From a bacterium (GTDB lineage Bacteria; Patescibacteriota; CPR2; UBA1875; JAJYID01): DNA of 64,000 bases. Positions 55,963 to 64,000 of the stretch are shown here, piece by piece. The DNA is taken from the NCBI GenBank assembly GCA_021790235.1, contig JAJYID010000002.1, positions 26,125 to 90,124 on the forward strand, given 5' to 3'. A model generated the notes under the pieces. It was not told the DNA's origin. It saw only the letters and a program-made list of their open reading frames with translations, and searched no databases. Within the stretch, counting starts at the first letter, position 1; every line of letters starts with the position of its first letter. Position numbers and translations under genes: made by a program.

Positions 55963-56817
55963 TCATATCGCCATTTTGATTCCAGGTCCCATCGTTGTCG
56001 CTAAGGTTACTGACTTTATGTAAGTCCCTTTTGTCCCGGATGGCTTAGCATGTTTAAGCGCATCTAAAAATGTACTGTAGTTAGTTTCCAACTTCTTTTC
56101 ATCAAATGAGACTTTGCCAATCACTTGATGTACAATAGCATTTTTATCCAATCTGAACTCAACTCTGCCAGCTTTTAGTTCTTTGACAGCCTTTGCCACG
56201 TCAGGTGTAACAGTCCCTGCCTTAGGATTCGGCATTAATCCTTTTGTGCCAAGGATTTTACCCAATTTACCGACTTTCGCCATCATGTCCGGAGTGGCTA
56301 CCAGCGTGTCAAAATCAAGTTTGCCCTTCTCAATTTCGCTAATCAACGTATCACCGCCAACCCTATCTGCCCCGGCGTTTTTAGCTTCTTTTTCTTTATC
56401 CGGACCGCATATTACCGCCACTTTTTTGGTTTTACCTATTCCTTCAGGCAAAACAACTGTCCCCCTGAGCTGCTGATCTCCTTTAGAAGGATCCAAACCT
56501 AACCTGATATGGATTTCCACTGAAGAGTCAAACTTGGTAATCGAAGTCTTTTTAATTAAACTAAAAGCTTCCTCTTGTGAATAAAACTTGTCTTTCTCAA
56601 GGAGAGACATAACCTTTCTGTATTTCTTTGAATACTTTCGATCTTCCTTTGAAAGTTTTGTTTTTTCTTTAGATTTTTTCTCTACTTTTTCAGTCGTTGT
56701 AGTTTTTTTAATAGTTTTTCCGGATTTTTTTACCTTTTCCTCAGTTGATTTTTCCTTTTTGTTCGTCGGTTCTTCAGTTATTTTATCTTTCTGTTCTTTT
56801 GTTTCTTTCTTTGGCAT
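55963..56817 (-). CDS. rplA: 50S ribosomal protein L1 with Lys/Glu-rich N-terminal extension
   Basis: [19 protein letters not shown] and [21 protein letters not shown]. The ATG at 56817 follows GAGGAG. About 62 extra N-terminal residues. Confidence 0.9.
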   Translation of the reverse strand: MPKKETKEQKDKITEEPTNKKEKSTEEKVKKSGKTIKKTTTTEKVEKKSKEKTKLSKEDRKYSKKYRKVMSLLEKDKFYSQEEAFSLIKKTSITKFDSSVEIHIRLGLDPSKGDQQLRGTVVLPEGIGKTKKVAVICGPDKEKEAKNAGADRVGGDTLISEIEKGKLDFDTLVATPDMMAKVGKLGKILGTKGLMPNPKAGTVTPDVAKAVKELKAGRVEFRLDKNAIVHQVIGKVSFDEKKLETNYSTFLDALKHAKPSGTKGTYIKSVTLATTMGPGIKMAI

Positions 56818-56907
56818 TTTAATTTCTCCTCGTGGTATTAGCGGCAAATCGCCTCCCACATTAATGTTATATAGATTCCCGCCTCCGCAGACATGACAAT
56901 GATGGAA

Positions 56908-57336
56908 TTATTCCTCTACCTCAACTCCCATGCTTCGGGCTGTTCCGGCAATGATGTTTTCAGCATGTTCAATGTCATTTGCGTTCAAATCTTCCATTTT
57001 CGCTTCTGCAACTTTTCGAAGCTGTTCCTTAGCCATCTTGCCTACCTTTTCTTTCTTTGATGAACCAGAACCTTTTTTTAAACCAATTTCCTTTTTAATC
57101 AGTTCTGCTGCCGGTGGCTGTTTGGTAATAAAATCAAAGGTCCTGTCTTCATAAACCGTAATTACAACCGGAAGCTTCGTGCCTGTCATCTCCTTTGTCT
57201 TTTCATTGAAAGCCGTACAGAAATCCATGATATTTAAACCATGCTGGCCCAGAGCCGGACCAACAGGAGGTGCAGGATTTGCCTGCCCAGCTATAACCTG
57301 TAGCTTAATTTTAGTTTTAATTTTTTTTGCCATCAA
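56908..57336 (-). CDS. rplK: 50S ribosomal protein L11
   Basis: [36 protein letters not shown]. Confidence 0.95.
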   Translation of the reverse strand: MMAKKIKTKIKLQVIAGQANPAPPVGPALGQHGLNIMDFCTAFNEKTKEMTGTKLPVVITVYEDRTFDFITKQPPAAELIKKEIGLKKGSGSSKKEKVGKMAKEQLRKVAEAKMEDLNANDIEHAENIIAGTARSMGVEVEE

Positions 57337-57412
57337 ATATCCTTTCGTCGATTATCCAATAACTGTTTCCTTTAGTCGTCTTGTTGCCTTGCTCCTCAGC
57401 CACTGAATTAAT

Positions 57413-57955
57413 TTACACTTTTTTAACCTGCAATGAATCAAGCTCAACCGGCGTTTCTCTACCAAACATACTAACCAGAACTCTTATCTTACCTTTTTCT
57501 TCATCTACAAAATCAACAGTGGCATCAGACCCCTTGAAGGGTCCATCTGTTACATTTACAAGATCACCTTTTCGAAGATCAATCTTATATTTTGGTTCCT
57601 CAACACCCATTCTTTTTTGAATATTCTTAATTTCTTTTTCTGAAAGTGGGATCGGGATAGTACCTGAACCGATAAAACCGGTCACTTGAGGAGTATTTCT
57701 GACAATATACCATGAATGATCAGTTACAATCATTTCAACCAGAACATAGCCCTGGAATATTTTCTTTTCTACGACACGTCTTTTCCCGTTTCGGATTTCA
57801 ATCGTTTTCTCTTTTGGTACTATCACACCAAAAATAAGATCCTGCATTCCAAGACTTTCTATCCTCTGACGTAAGTTCTCTGCTACTTTCTCCTCATAAC
57901 CTGAGTAGGTATGAAGTGCATACCAGTTTTTACCTTCAGAATGTTGTTTTGCCAT
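57413..57955 (-). CDS. nusG: transcription termination/antitermination protein NusG
   Basis: WYALHTYSGYEEKV, with a C-terminal KOW GDLVNVTDGPFKG. Confidence 0.95.
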   Translation of the reverse strand: MAKQHSEGKNWYALHTYSGYEEKVAENLRQRIESLGMQDLIFGVIVPKEKTIEIRNGKRRVVEKKIFQGYVLVEMIVTDHSWYIVRNTPQVTGFIGSGTIPIPLSEKEIKNIQKRMGVEEPKYKIDLRKGDLVNVTDGPFKGSDATVDFVDEEKGKIRVLVSMFGRETPVELDSLQVKKV

Positions 57956-58001
57956 ATAATATTACTCCTTGATCCTTCCGCAGGCTCCTGATACAGAAGG
58001 A

Positions 58002-58262
58002 TTACTTAAGAATAAAAGTTAAACCTTTTAATAAAATAAAATCAACAGCTCCCAGAAATATTGCGACAACTCCCGAGATGATAATAACGGCAATAGTCAT
58101 ATTTAGAGTGGTCTTTCTGTCCGGCCATACAACCTTCAGAAGCTCGTTCCTCGACTCTATAAAATAACTGAGACTTTTTCTAATGTTTTTCATTCTATCC
58201 TTAATAACTTTCAAACTAATTTTAAAGGATTTTAAAAAAGCCTCTCGGCTTTTATATTTCAA
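58002..58262 (-). CDS. secE: preprotein translocase subunit SecE
   Basis: ESRNELLKVVWPDRKTTLNMTIAVIIISGVVAIFLGAVD. The true start may be the internal Met near 58193. Confidence 0.8.
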   Translation of the reverse strand: MKYKSREAFLKSFKISLKVIKDRMKNIRKSLSYFIESRNELLKVVWPDRKTTLNMTIAVIIISGVVAIFLGAVDFILLKGLTFILK

Positions 58263-58345
58263 TATTATCCAATTTACCCGAATTTGTCAATATTTTCTTT
58301 TTGGCGCCCCAGATAATATATCCGGGGCGCCAAAACCATCGTATG

Positions 58346-58909
58346 CTACTTGGAATAATCCAGACCGAATCTCAACCGAAGACCTAGAAAAGCCAGCTTG
58401 TTTCTGATGACTCGTCCCGAAATCCATGATTGCCAATGATAGCGGCCAAGATTATCTACAAGAACCGTAAAGAGGTTATTTCTGTTACCACCTTTAATGT
58501 CTGCCACTAACTGATCGCCAACCATGACAATCTGATCAGGTATACAACCAAGTAAACTAATAGCTCTCTGAAAACCGATGTTTTTCGGTTTCCTCTCTCG
58601 ATAATTAAGACAAATACAGTCTACCTGAAGACCAGTCTGAGCAGCTATTAGCTTGGCAAAATACTCGGCTCTCCTCTTTTTCAATTCCCTAGCATTCGTA
58701 TTGGTCAGAAAAACAAGGTGCTTAAGACCTGCTTCCTTATATGTCTTTAAGGAATTCACTGCTTCTACACTCAAACTGTGAACCTTATAATTCTTTAAGA
58801 TTACAGTTTGATCAAGATCAGAGACCATGTAATGCTTATTTTTAAAAAGCTGCGAGGGTATTTCTGCGAAATTCCGATAATAACCATCTGGCAAAAGAGT
58901 TTTAAACAT
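58346..58909 (-). CDS. HAD-superfamily phosphatase (YqeG-like)
   Basis: VSDLDQTV (DxD), VFLTNTN and MVGDQLVADIKGG. Confidence 0.7.
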   Translation of the reverse strand: MFKTLLPDGYYRNFAEIPSQLFKNKHYMVSDLDQTVILKNYKVHSLSVEAVNSLKTYKEAGLKHLVFLTNTNARELKKRRAEYFAKLIAAQTGLQVDCICLNYRERKPKNIGFQRAISLLGCIPDQIVMVGDQLVADIKGGNRNNLFTVLVDNLGRYHWQSWISGRVIRNKLAFLGLRLRFGLDYSK

Positions 58910-59228
58910 TAATGTTCCTTTGGATTCATTTTTTCAGGTCTTTTTTAAAATACACCAAATCTATACAAAATTAAAGACTCCCTGAAAAAATTTTTAATCA
59001 TCTATATCATGGAGTAAAGATGCAAGTTCGATAATAAAAAGGTCAGTTTTTTTCTTCCTTCGCAATTACCTTCGCTAGCTGTCACACTCTATAAGTATGT
59101 CACTATAAAGAGAAAATTCATTATGCGTCTTCAGCACGGATTTTCAACTGCCACCCTGTAAGACAAAAATCCCATCAAAGAATGTAAGCTTTGTCTTGGC
59201 AAGGATAGTGGGCTTCATCCCGCACTTT

Positions 59229-59304
59229 TGGCAGGGGTACTAGGATTCGAACCCAGACTTAGGGTTTTGGAGACCCTCGTGCTAACCATTAACACTATAC
59301 CCCT
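59229..59304 (-). tRNA. tRNA-Trp(CCA), CCA encoded
   Basis: The rc reads AGGGGTATAGTGTTAATGGTTAGCACGAGGGTCTCCAAAACCCTAAGTCTGGGTTCGAATCCTAGTACCCCTGCCA. Confidence 0.9.
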
Positions 59305-59499
59305 ATAAAAAATGCGGAATTGGAGACTGATGTTCTTTCATACAAGCTACCCTTTTTTTGATAATGTTCAGTTTACCAATTAAGCTTATTAAAAAATCAA
59401 AGCTTTGTCCAACTGTTCCGACATTTTTGATCAAAACTACGACAAAATTATCTGGAAAACACATCCTTGCATAAAGTCAAAGACGCAAAATAATTTAAA

Positions 59500-59664
59500 C
59501 TACTTTATCTCCTTATGCGTTGTATGCTTTCTTTGTTCTTTGCAATACCTCTTTAGCTCTAACTTATCTGTAGTATTGCGATCGTTCTTTTTTGTAGTGT
59601 AGTTTCTTCCTTTACACTCAGTGCATTCGAGTGTAATAATCTTTCGTGGTCCTTTTTTCGCCAT
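59500..59664 (-). CDS. rpmG: 50S ribosomal protein L33
   Basis: It is not in the ORF track because it is under 60 aa. The minus-strand ORF reads [54 protein letters not shown]. Confidence 0.85.
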   Translation of the reverse strand: MAKKGPRKIITLECTECKGRNYTTKKNDRNTTDKLELKRYCKEQRKHTTHKEIK

Positions 59665-59691
59665 AATTCCTTCTCGTTTAATTTTCTATTC

Positions 59692-59767
59692 TGGAGCCCA
59701 CCACCGGGATTGAACCGGTGACCTCATCCTTACCATGGATGTGCTCTACCGACTGAGCTAGGTGGGC
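59692..59767 (-). tRNA. tRNA-Thr(GGT), CCA encoded
   Basis: The rc reads GCCCACCTAGCTCAGTCGGTAGAGCACATCCATGGTAAGGATGAGGTCACCGGTTCAATCCCGGTGGTGGGCTCCA. Confidence 0.9.
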
Positions 59768-60181
59768 ATTTTCATATAACTTTTTATATCTTCAACTTTC
59801 CCACTTAAGCAAATTGGTTTCATTGATTTAATTTCATCCGTATAATCCATCAGGGGAACATCATTTAACAAATATATCGGTTTGTCCTGAATATGTGCGA
59901 AAGCCATTTCTATTAAGCTATTAGCTCCAATGTAATCTTGAATGTCATTTTTTGTAATGTTTGTCACCAAAACTCCATCACACGAACTAACTGATTGATA
60001 GTTATCTTTTATCAGTTCAAAATCTTTTTTTTTGATCGGTATGAGTTTTATTGATCTCCCCTCTGCTAAGTTCATCAACATATAAAGGTAGTAAAACATC
60101 AAACCCAATACGCTCAAGTTTCCCTTTAACCTCACAAAATTCTTTGTGAAACTGCATACTTCCAATGACGAATATTTTCAT
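59758..60181 (-). pseudogene. frameshifted gene for a small Rossmann-like protein (nucleoside 2-deoxyribosyltransferase-like, tentative)
   Basis: Frame A gives MKIFVIGSMQFHKEFCEVKGKLERIGFDVLLPLYVDELSRGEINKTHTDQKKKRF-stop. Frame B continues KKKDFELIKDNYQ...IGANSLIEMAFAHIQDKPIYLLN. The switch falls at the 9-nt homopolymer at 60025-60033. Confidence 0.6.
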
Positions 60182-60195
60182 GGTTTTGTTTTTTA

Positions 60196-60281
60196 TGGTG
60201 GCGGGGGAGGGATTCGAACCCCCGAAGGCTAATGCCAGCAGATTTACAGTCTGCCCCGGTTGACCGCTTCGGTACCCCGCC
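60196..60281 (-). tRNA. tRNA-Tyr(GTA), long variable arm, CCA encoded
   Basis: The rc reads GGCGGGGTACCGAAGCGGTCAACCGGGGCAGACTGTAAATCTGCTGGCATTAGCCTTCGGGGGTTCGAATCCCTCCCCCGCCACCA. Confidence 0.9.
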
Positions 60282-60309
60282 AGGATTAATTATTAATTCC
60301 AATTATCAT

Positions 60310-60384
60310 TGGAGCCGCCTGTCGGATTTGAACCGACGACCTACTGTTTACAAAACAGTTGCTCTACCACTGAGCTAAGGCGGC
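60310..60384 (-). tRNA. tRNA-Thr(TGT), CCA encoded
   Basis: The rc reads GCCGCCTTAGCTCAGTGGTAGAGCAACTGTTTTGTAAACAGTAGGTCGTCGGTTCAAATCCGACAGGCGGCTCCA. Confidence 0.9.
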
Positions 60385-60509
60385 ATACTCAAATCTACTC
60401 TCTTTTTCAAAAAGTGCTAAATTATACTGCTGAGCTAGGATGACAAAATCACTGAAATATTATACTCGTTTTTCGCTCTGTGGTCAATTATATGAACAGA
60501 ATTTATTCG

Positions 60510-61268
60510 CTATCGCCTAGCAAGTTGCCTTTTCACGTCGGCATCTTCGGGATCTATCTCTAAAATATGAGTTAAGATGCGAGTATATTTATCAGACTGC
60601 CCGTTATCTTTATAAGCATCAGCCAGCATTTTGAGATGTTGAACATCCGGTTCTGCCTCGAGTGATGTGAGACTCTCTAACGCTCTTACTGCTAGTTTTT
60701 TGTTATGATTCTTTTTCGCAGCAAGGGCTAAATTGATGTAACGGCTGCTGATATCCGGATTAATGGCTACCGCCTTTTCGAAAGCAGAGACAGCATTTTT
60801 ATAGTCTTTCATTTTTAGATAGCTAAGCCCTAGATTATTAAAAGCCGTATCATTGACCGGATCATACTCCACAGTTTTTTGGAAAGCATTCACTGCATCC
60901 TCAAGATTATTCTCTTTAAAGAAGATATTCCCGAGTGCAAGATAGGCGTGGTGATTTTTTCTATCCGCCTTTATAGCATCTATCAAAAGTGTTTCAGCTT
61001 CTCGCAAATTTCCCTGTTCAAGTTCGCTATGAGCGTCAGAAATCAGCCGGTCAGCACTCTTCTCATCGTTTGATTCTTCCTCCAAAAGCCCTTCCTCGAT
61101 AAGTTCTTCTTTATCAACATCAACATTCAGTGATTTTTCCTTTTGTTCCTCTACAGGTTTAACTTCTTTTTCTTTTTCAAACGTATCTTCCATACCGTTA
61201 AAATTGATTTTTCGGATTATATAATAAGATATACCGATAATAATCGCAAAAGTGATGATTTCCCACAT
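60510..61268 (-). CDS. TPR-repeat protein with N-terminal TM anchor
   Basis: TM helix MWEIITFAIIIGISYYII, an acidic linker, then several 34-aa TPR-like units (AYLALGNIFFKENNLEDAVNAFQKTVEYDP...). Confidence 0.75.
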   Translation of the reverse strand: MWEIITFAIIIGISYYIIRKINFNGMEDTFEKEKEVKPVEEQKEKSLNVDVDKEELIEEGLLEEESNDEKSADRLISDAHSELEQGNLREAETLLIDAIKADRKNHHAYLALGNIFFKENNLEDAVNAFQKTVEYDPVNDTAFNNLGLSYLKMKDYKNAVSAFEKAVAINPDISSRYINLALAAKKNHNKKLAVRALESLTSLEAEPDVQHLKMLADAYKDNGQSDKYTRILTHILEIDPEDADVKRQLARR

Positions 61269-61934
61269 TTACTTTTTATCCTCCGCTGGTTTTTTCTTTT
61301 TATGCCCATTTTCATAAGCCAAACAGCACATAAGTCTCCCGCAAATACCGGAAACTTTGCTTGCATTTCTCAGCCCTTCAAACTGTTCTCTTAACATATC
61401 CATAGAGATATTATCAAGTTGGGTCAGAAAATTTTTACAACAAATCGGTCTTCCACAAGGTCCAAAACCATCTAAGATTCTAGCCTCATCGCGCTGGCCC
61501 ATCTGACGAAATAAGACTGTTTTTTGGAGTTGTCTGGATATTTCTCTAACCAAATTTCGAAAGTCCACTCTAGAGTCGGCTGTAAAGTAGAAAGTCACTT
61601 TCTCACCGTCCAGAGAAAACTCAAAATCAACAAACTTCATAGACAAACCATGTTCTTCCGCTTTTTTTCGAAAAACATCAATATAACCCTGATGGTCTTC
61701 TTTTAATCTTTCAAGCCGTGCCACATCTTTATCACTTAAAATCCTCTGGATATCTTTGAGCGATTCATCTTTTGATGTTTTGGCTTCTTTACCAACATAC
61801 CTAACCTTACCAACTTCTTCTCCATAAACCGTTTCAACTAGGACAAAATCCCTTACCTCCACATCTCCTTCGGGCGCGCGAAAATCATAAATTTTGATAC
61901 CTGATCGAAACTGTACCCCTATAACTTTTGCCAT
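61269..61934 (-). CDS. ricT: PSP1-domain protein (YaaT/RicT-like)
   Basis: VIGVQFRSGIKIYDF and VETVYGEEVGKV, plus the C-terminal Cys cluster GPCGRPICC ... GICGRLMCCLAYE. Adjacent to holB, as in many bacteria. Confidence 0.85.
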   Translation of the reverse strand: MAKVIGVQFRSGIKIYDFRAPEGDVEVRDFVLVETVYGEEVGKVRYVGKEAKTSKDESLKDIQRILSDKDVARLERLKEDHQGYIDVFRKKAEEHGLSMKFVDFEFSLDGEKVTFYFTADSRVDFRNLVREISRQLQKTVLFRQMGQRDEARILDGFGPCGRPICCKNFLTQLDNISMDMLREQFEGLRNASKVSGICGRLMCCLAYENGHKKKKPAEDKK

Positions 61935-62722
61935 AACACTCCCATATTTAAAACCAAATTCTCTAAAACAAATTTAGCTGAAACGTTTGCTCTGAGATAA
62001 CCTCGCGATCTCTGTACCAGTTCCAATAATTTAATAATATTTCTTTCGTTGTCTTGCCCTTGCAGCAGTCTGCTTCTTAAATTTACTTCTAAACTATCCA
62101 AGAGATCTTTTACTAAGCTTTTATCTTTAGCATATTTTTGAACCAGAGAAAATTTCTCATAAACCCTACTTTCTTTCCCTAAAATCATCTTAAGCTCTTG
62201 CTCATCAACCTGGCTATACTGTGCTTTGAGCGCGATGCCGAAGTTGACAACCTGACTTCTGGAAACAATCGTTCCTGGTAGCAATGTTTTATCTGAAACT
62301 GTCATGATAATAATACTGTTTTCCGGCGGTTCCTCCAAGACTTTCAGCATAGCATTGGCGCTTTCTTCGGTTAAGAAATGCGCATCTTTAATAATTGCAA
62401 CCTTATACTTAGCTTGATACGGCTTCAAAAATAAATTCTTCTGAATATCCCTAATCTCAGTGATTTTGATCGCTCCTTCTCCTCCAACCCTCAAAAGATC
62501 TGGATGATTACCTGTATTTGTCAGCTTGCAATTTCTGCAAGACAAGCAAGCTTCGTCGCTTCTCTTTTCACACAAAACAACTTTTGCAAACTCAAGGGCT
62601 GAATCTTCTTTACCAATGCCCTCTTGGCCGACAAAAAGCATAAAATGAGCAAACTCTCCGCTCTTAAGCTGATTTTTTAAATATTCATTATTTTTTATAT
62701 TTGCAAAAGTAATATTATCCAT
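61919..62722 (-). CDS. holB: DNA polymerase III subunit delta-prime
   Basis: HFMLFVGQEGIGKEDSALEFAKVVLC, a zinc module C..C..C, and LKVLEEPP. Confidence 0.85.
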   Translation of the reverse strand: MDNITFANIKNNEYLKNQLKSGEFAHFMLFVGQEGIGKEDSALEFAKVVLCEKRSDEACLSCRNCKLTNTGNHPDLLRVGGEGAIKITEIRDIQKNLFLKPYQAKYKVAIIKDAHFLTEESANAMLKVLEEPPENSIIIMTVSDKTLLPGTIVSRSQVVNFGIALKAQYSQVDEQELKMILGKESRVYEKFSLVQKYAKDKSLVKDLLDSLEVNLRSRLLQGQDNERNIIKLLELVQRSRGYLRANVSAKFVLENLVLNMGVLWQKL

Positions 62723-62862
62723 TTGTGAGACTAATTATAGCAGTTTAAGACCTAAAAATCTACTTAGACCTCAGAATGTTACTCACATAAACTAAACTCG
62801 AGTAATTTATTGAATAGTTCAGTCACTACACTAACATATACTAGTGTAGTGAAAGCCAAAAA

Positions 62863-63546
62863 TTATGACGGTCCTATCTTTTTAAAAGCGTCAGCATGTA
62901 CGGCCAGTTCAATAATTTCATCCATTGGCTTGCTTTTGATAGTTTGAAGAAATTTTTTCAGTTCTATGGTTTCTGGCTTATTATCGTCATCACCGGTTAA
63001 CACTGGTAACGCCTCCTTCAAAACCATTAGTCTATGCTGGCTAAAACCTCTTGTCTTCAGGTTTTCTAAATAATAATAGTAATACATGAAATGATTCAAC
63101 TCGTGTAGTGCAACAGAAACAACTCTTTTCTCATCAGCATTTTCATATGCCATAAACCATAACTCATTATAATTATAAGGGCAAATACCTGCAGTAGTCA
63201 GATAAACTCCTATTTTCCTGAATGGAAACTTTTTACCAAATAAGCTCTCAAGGTCTCCTATTATTTTTTCTTTGTTTAAATCTAAAAATGTTTGAATTTC
63301 CTTAATTTTCTTCTCAAATGCTGGTTTGTTTTCTGCTAATCTTCTTTTAAGAAAATCAAGAATAACTTTTTTCGCTTCATCTTCTGTTTTTGCCGCCATG
63401 ATCTCTACTTTAAATTTTTCAGGAAATTTTTCTAATAGTCTTTCTTTTAAATTTGCACGTCCGAAAGATTTAAACTGCATCTTCCAAATAGCCTTTAGAT
63501 AAGGTATTGTGTCTTTTTCTATTGAGTAATCAACTAGAAATTTCAT
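62863..63546 (-). CDS. hypothetical HExxH-motif protein (orphan family member D)
   Basis: 227 aa with VALHELNHFMYYYYY. It is colinear with member B upstream of the motif. Confidence 0.5.
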   Translation of the reverse strand: MKFLVDYSIEKDTIPYLKAIWKMQFKSFGRANLKERLLEKFPEKFKVEIMAAKTEDEAKKVILDFLKRRLAENKPAFEKKIKEIQTFLDLNKEKIIGDLESLFGKKFPFRKIGVYLTTAGICPYNYNELWFMAYENADEKRVVSVALHELNHFMYYYYYLENLKTRGFSQHRLMVLKEALPVLTGDDDNKPETIELKKFLQTIKSKPMDEIIELAVHADAFKKIGPS

Positions 63547-64000
63547 TTTCTGTTCCCATTAAATAATTATTTAAATCTTCCGGTAAATCCGACTTGAAGT
63601 AATACTTTTTGCCGAAAAGTTTAAATTTCAGTTCGCAGGCATGAAGGAATTGCCTATCTAGTCCCGAAGAATCGTCTTTTTTGCCATATGTTTTGTCACC
63701 CACAACCGGATATCCGATGCCGGCAAGATGAACACGTATTTGATGGGTGCGGCCTGTTATAAGCCGAACCTGAAGTAAGGTCATATCCTCATAATAATTA
63801 ACGACCTTATACTCTGTCACAGACTCCCGGCCACTAAATGTCGCCTCCATTTTTTTGCGGTCTTTTTCGCTACGTTTAATAGGAATGTCAATACTTCCCT
63901 TCTCTGGTTGAATTTTTCCCCAAACTAAAGTAAGATATGTCTTTTCAAATTTCCTATCTTTAATCATCCTTTTTAATTCTTCCTCTGACTTTGAATTTTG
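63530..64000 (-). CDS. pseudouridine synthase, RluA family (partial, N-terminus beyond window end)
   Basis: KTYLTLVWGKI, TGRTHQIRVHLAGIGYPVVGDKTYG and FLHACELKF. The frame stays open to position 64000. Confidence 0.85.
   Translation of the reverse strand, partial: QNSKSEEELKRMIKDRKFEKTYLTLVWGKIQPEKGSIDIPIKRSEKDRKKMEATFSGRESVTEYKVVNYYEDMTLLQVRLITGRTHQIRVHLAGIGYPVVGDKTYGKKDDSSGLDRQFLHACELKFKLFGKKYYFKSDLPEDLNNYLMGTENEISS

Noticed and set aside
1-64000. CRISPR arrays, transposases, integrases, rRNA genes and toxin-antitoxin pairs
   Set aside because: No regularly spaced repeat arrays (three or more units with similar spacers) were found. No DDE, tyrosine-recombinase or serine-recombinase-like ORFs, no rRNA-like sequence and no recognisable TA gene pairs were found by reading both strands.

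Overview
This is a 64-kb window from a low-GC, gene-dense bacterial chromosome. The gene content looks like a Patescibacteria/CPR-type genome, which is an inference: short streamlined genes, a sortase, PEGA and NYN proteins, a DUF5679-like zinc ribbon, an archaeal-type AspRS, a reduced dcw cluster, a VirD4/TraG-like ATPase and many orphan ORFs. TGA is an ordinary stop codon here; for example gltX and the radical SAM gene both end in TGA.

Layout:
- 1-46 kb is almost entirely plus-strand housekeeping: murA, mreB, gltX, murC, trxB, a histidine kinase and response regulator pair, aspS, scpA, scpB, der, pth, dprA and topA.
- 46-64 kb is entirely minus-strand. It holds a dcw cluster (mraZ, rsmH, ftsL, ftsI, murF, mraY, ftsW, murG, ftsQ), then rplA, rplK, nusG and secE, a tRNA/rpmG cluster, and holB with ricT.
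- The two blocks converge at about 46 kb.
- There are seven tRNAs, all with encoded CCA. No rRNA, CRISPR array, transposase or integrase was seen.

Most interesting region: a composite island directly downstream of tRNA-Gln (12.6-16.8 kb), bounded by decayed direct copies of the tRNA 3' end plus its hairpin. It carries a GC-elevated, self-contained PqqD + radical-SAM/SPASM cassette. That cassette is followed by a strongly ribosome-bound 25-codon ORF whose in-frame UGA sits upstream of a small hairpin and a Cys-containing 8-codon extension. This is a possible orphan RiPP system, and the precursor assignment is unresolved.

Other points:
- A family of GTCATyCCGAG...GGAATCC hairpin repeats, with one copy inserted in frame inside pth.
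- A second set of tRNA-3'-end-like plus terminator repeats that brackets a single orphan gene.
- Four scattered HExxH orphan paralogues.
- Three DnaA boxes around a promoter.
- A T9-tract frameshift in a gene embedded in the tRNA cluster.
- A 5'-truncated pheA.

All functional calls come from reading motifs in the translated ORFs. No database search was run.
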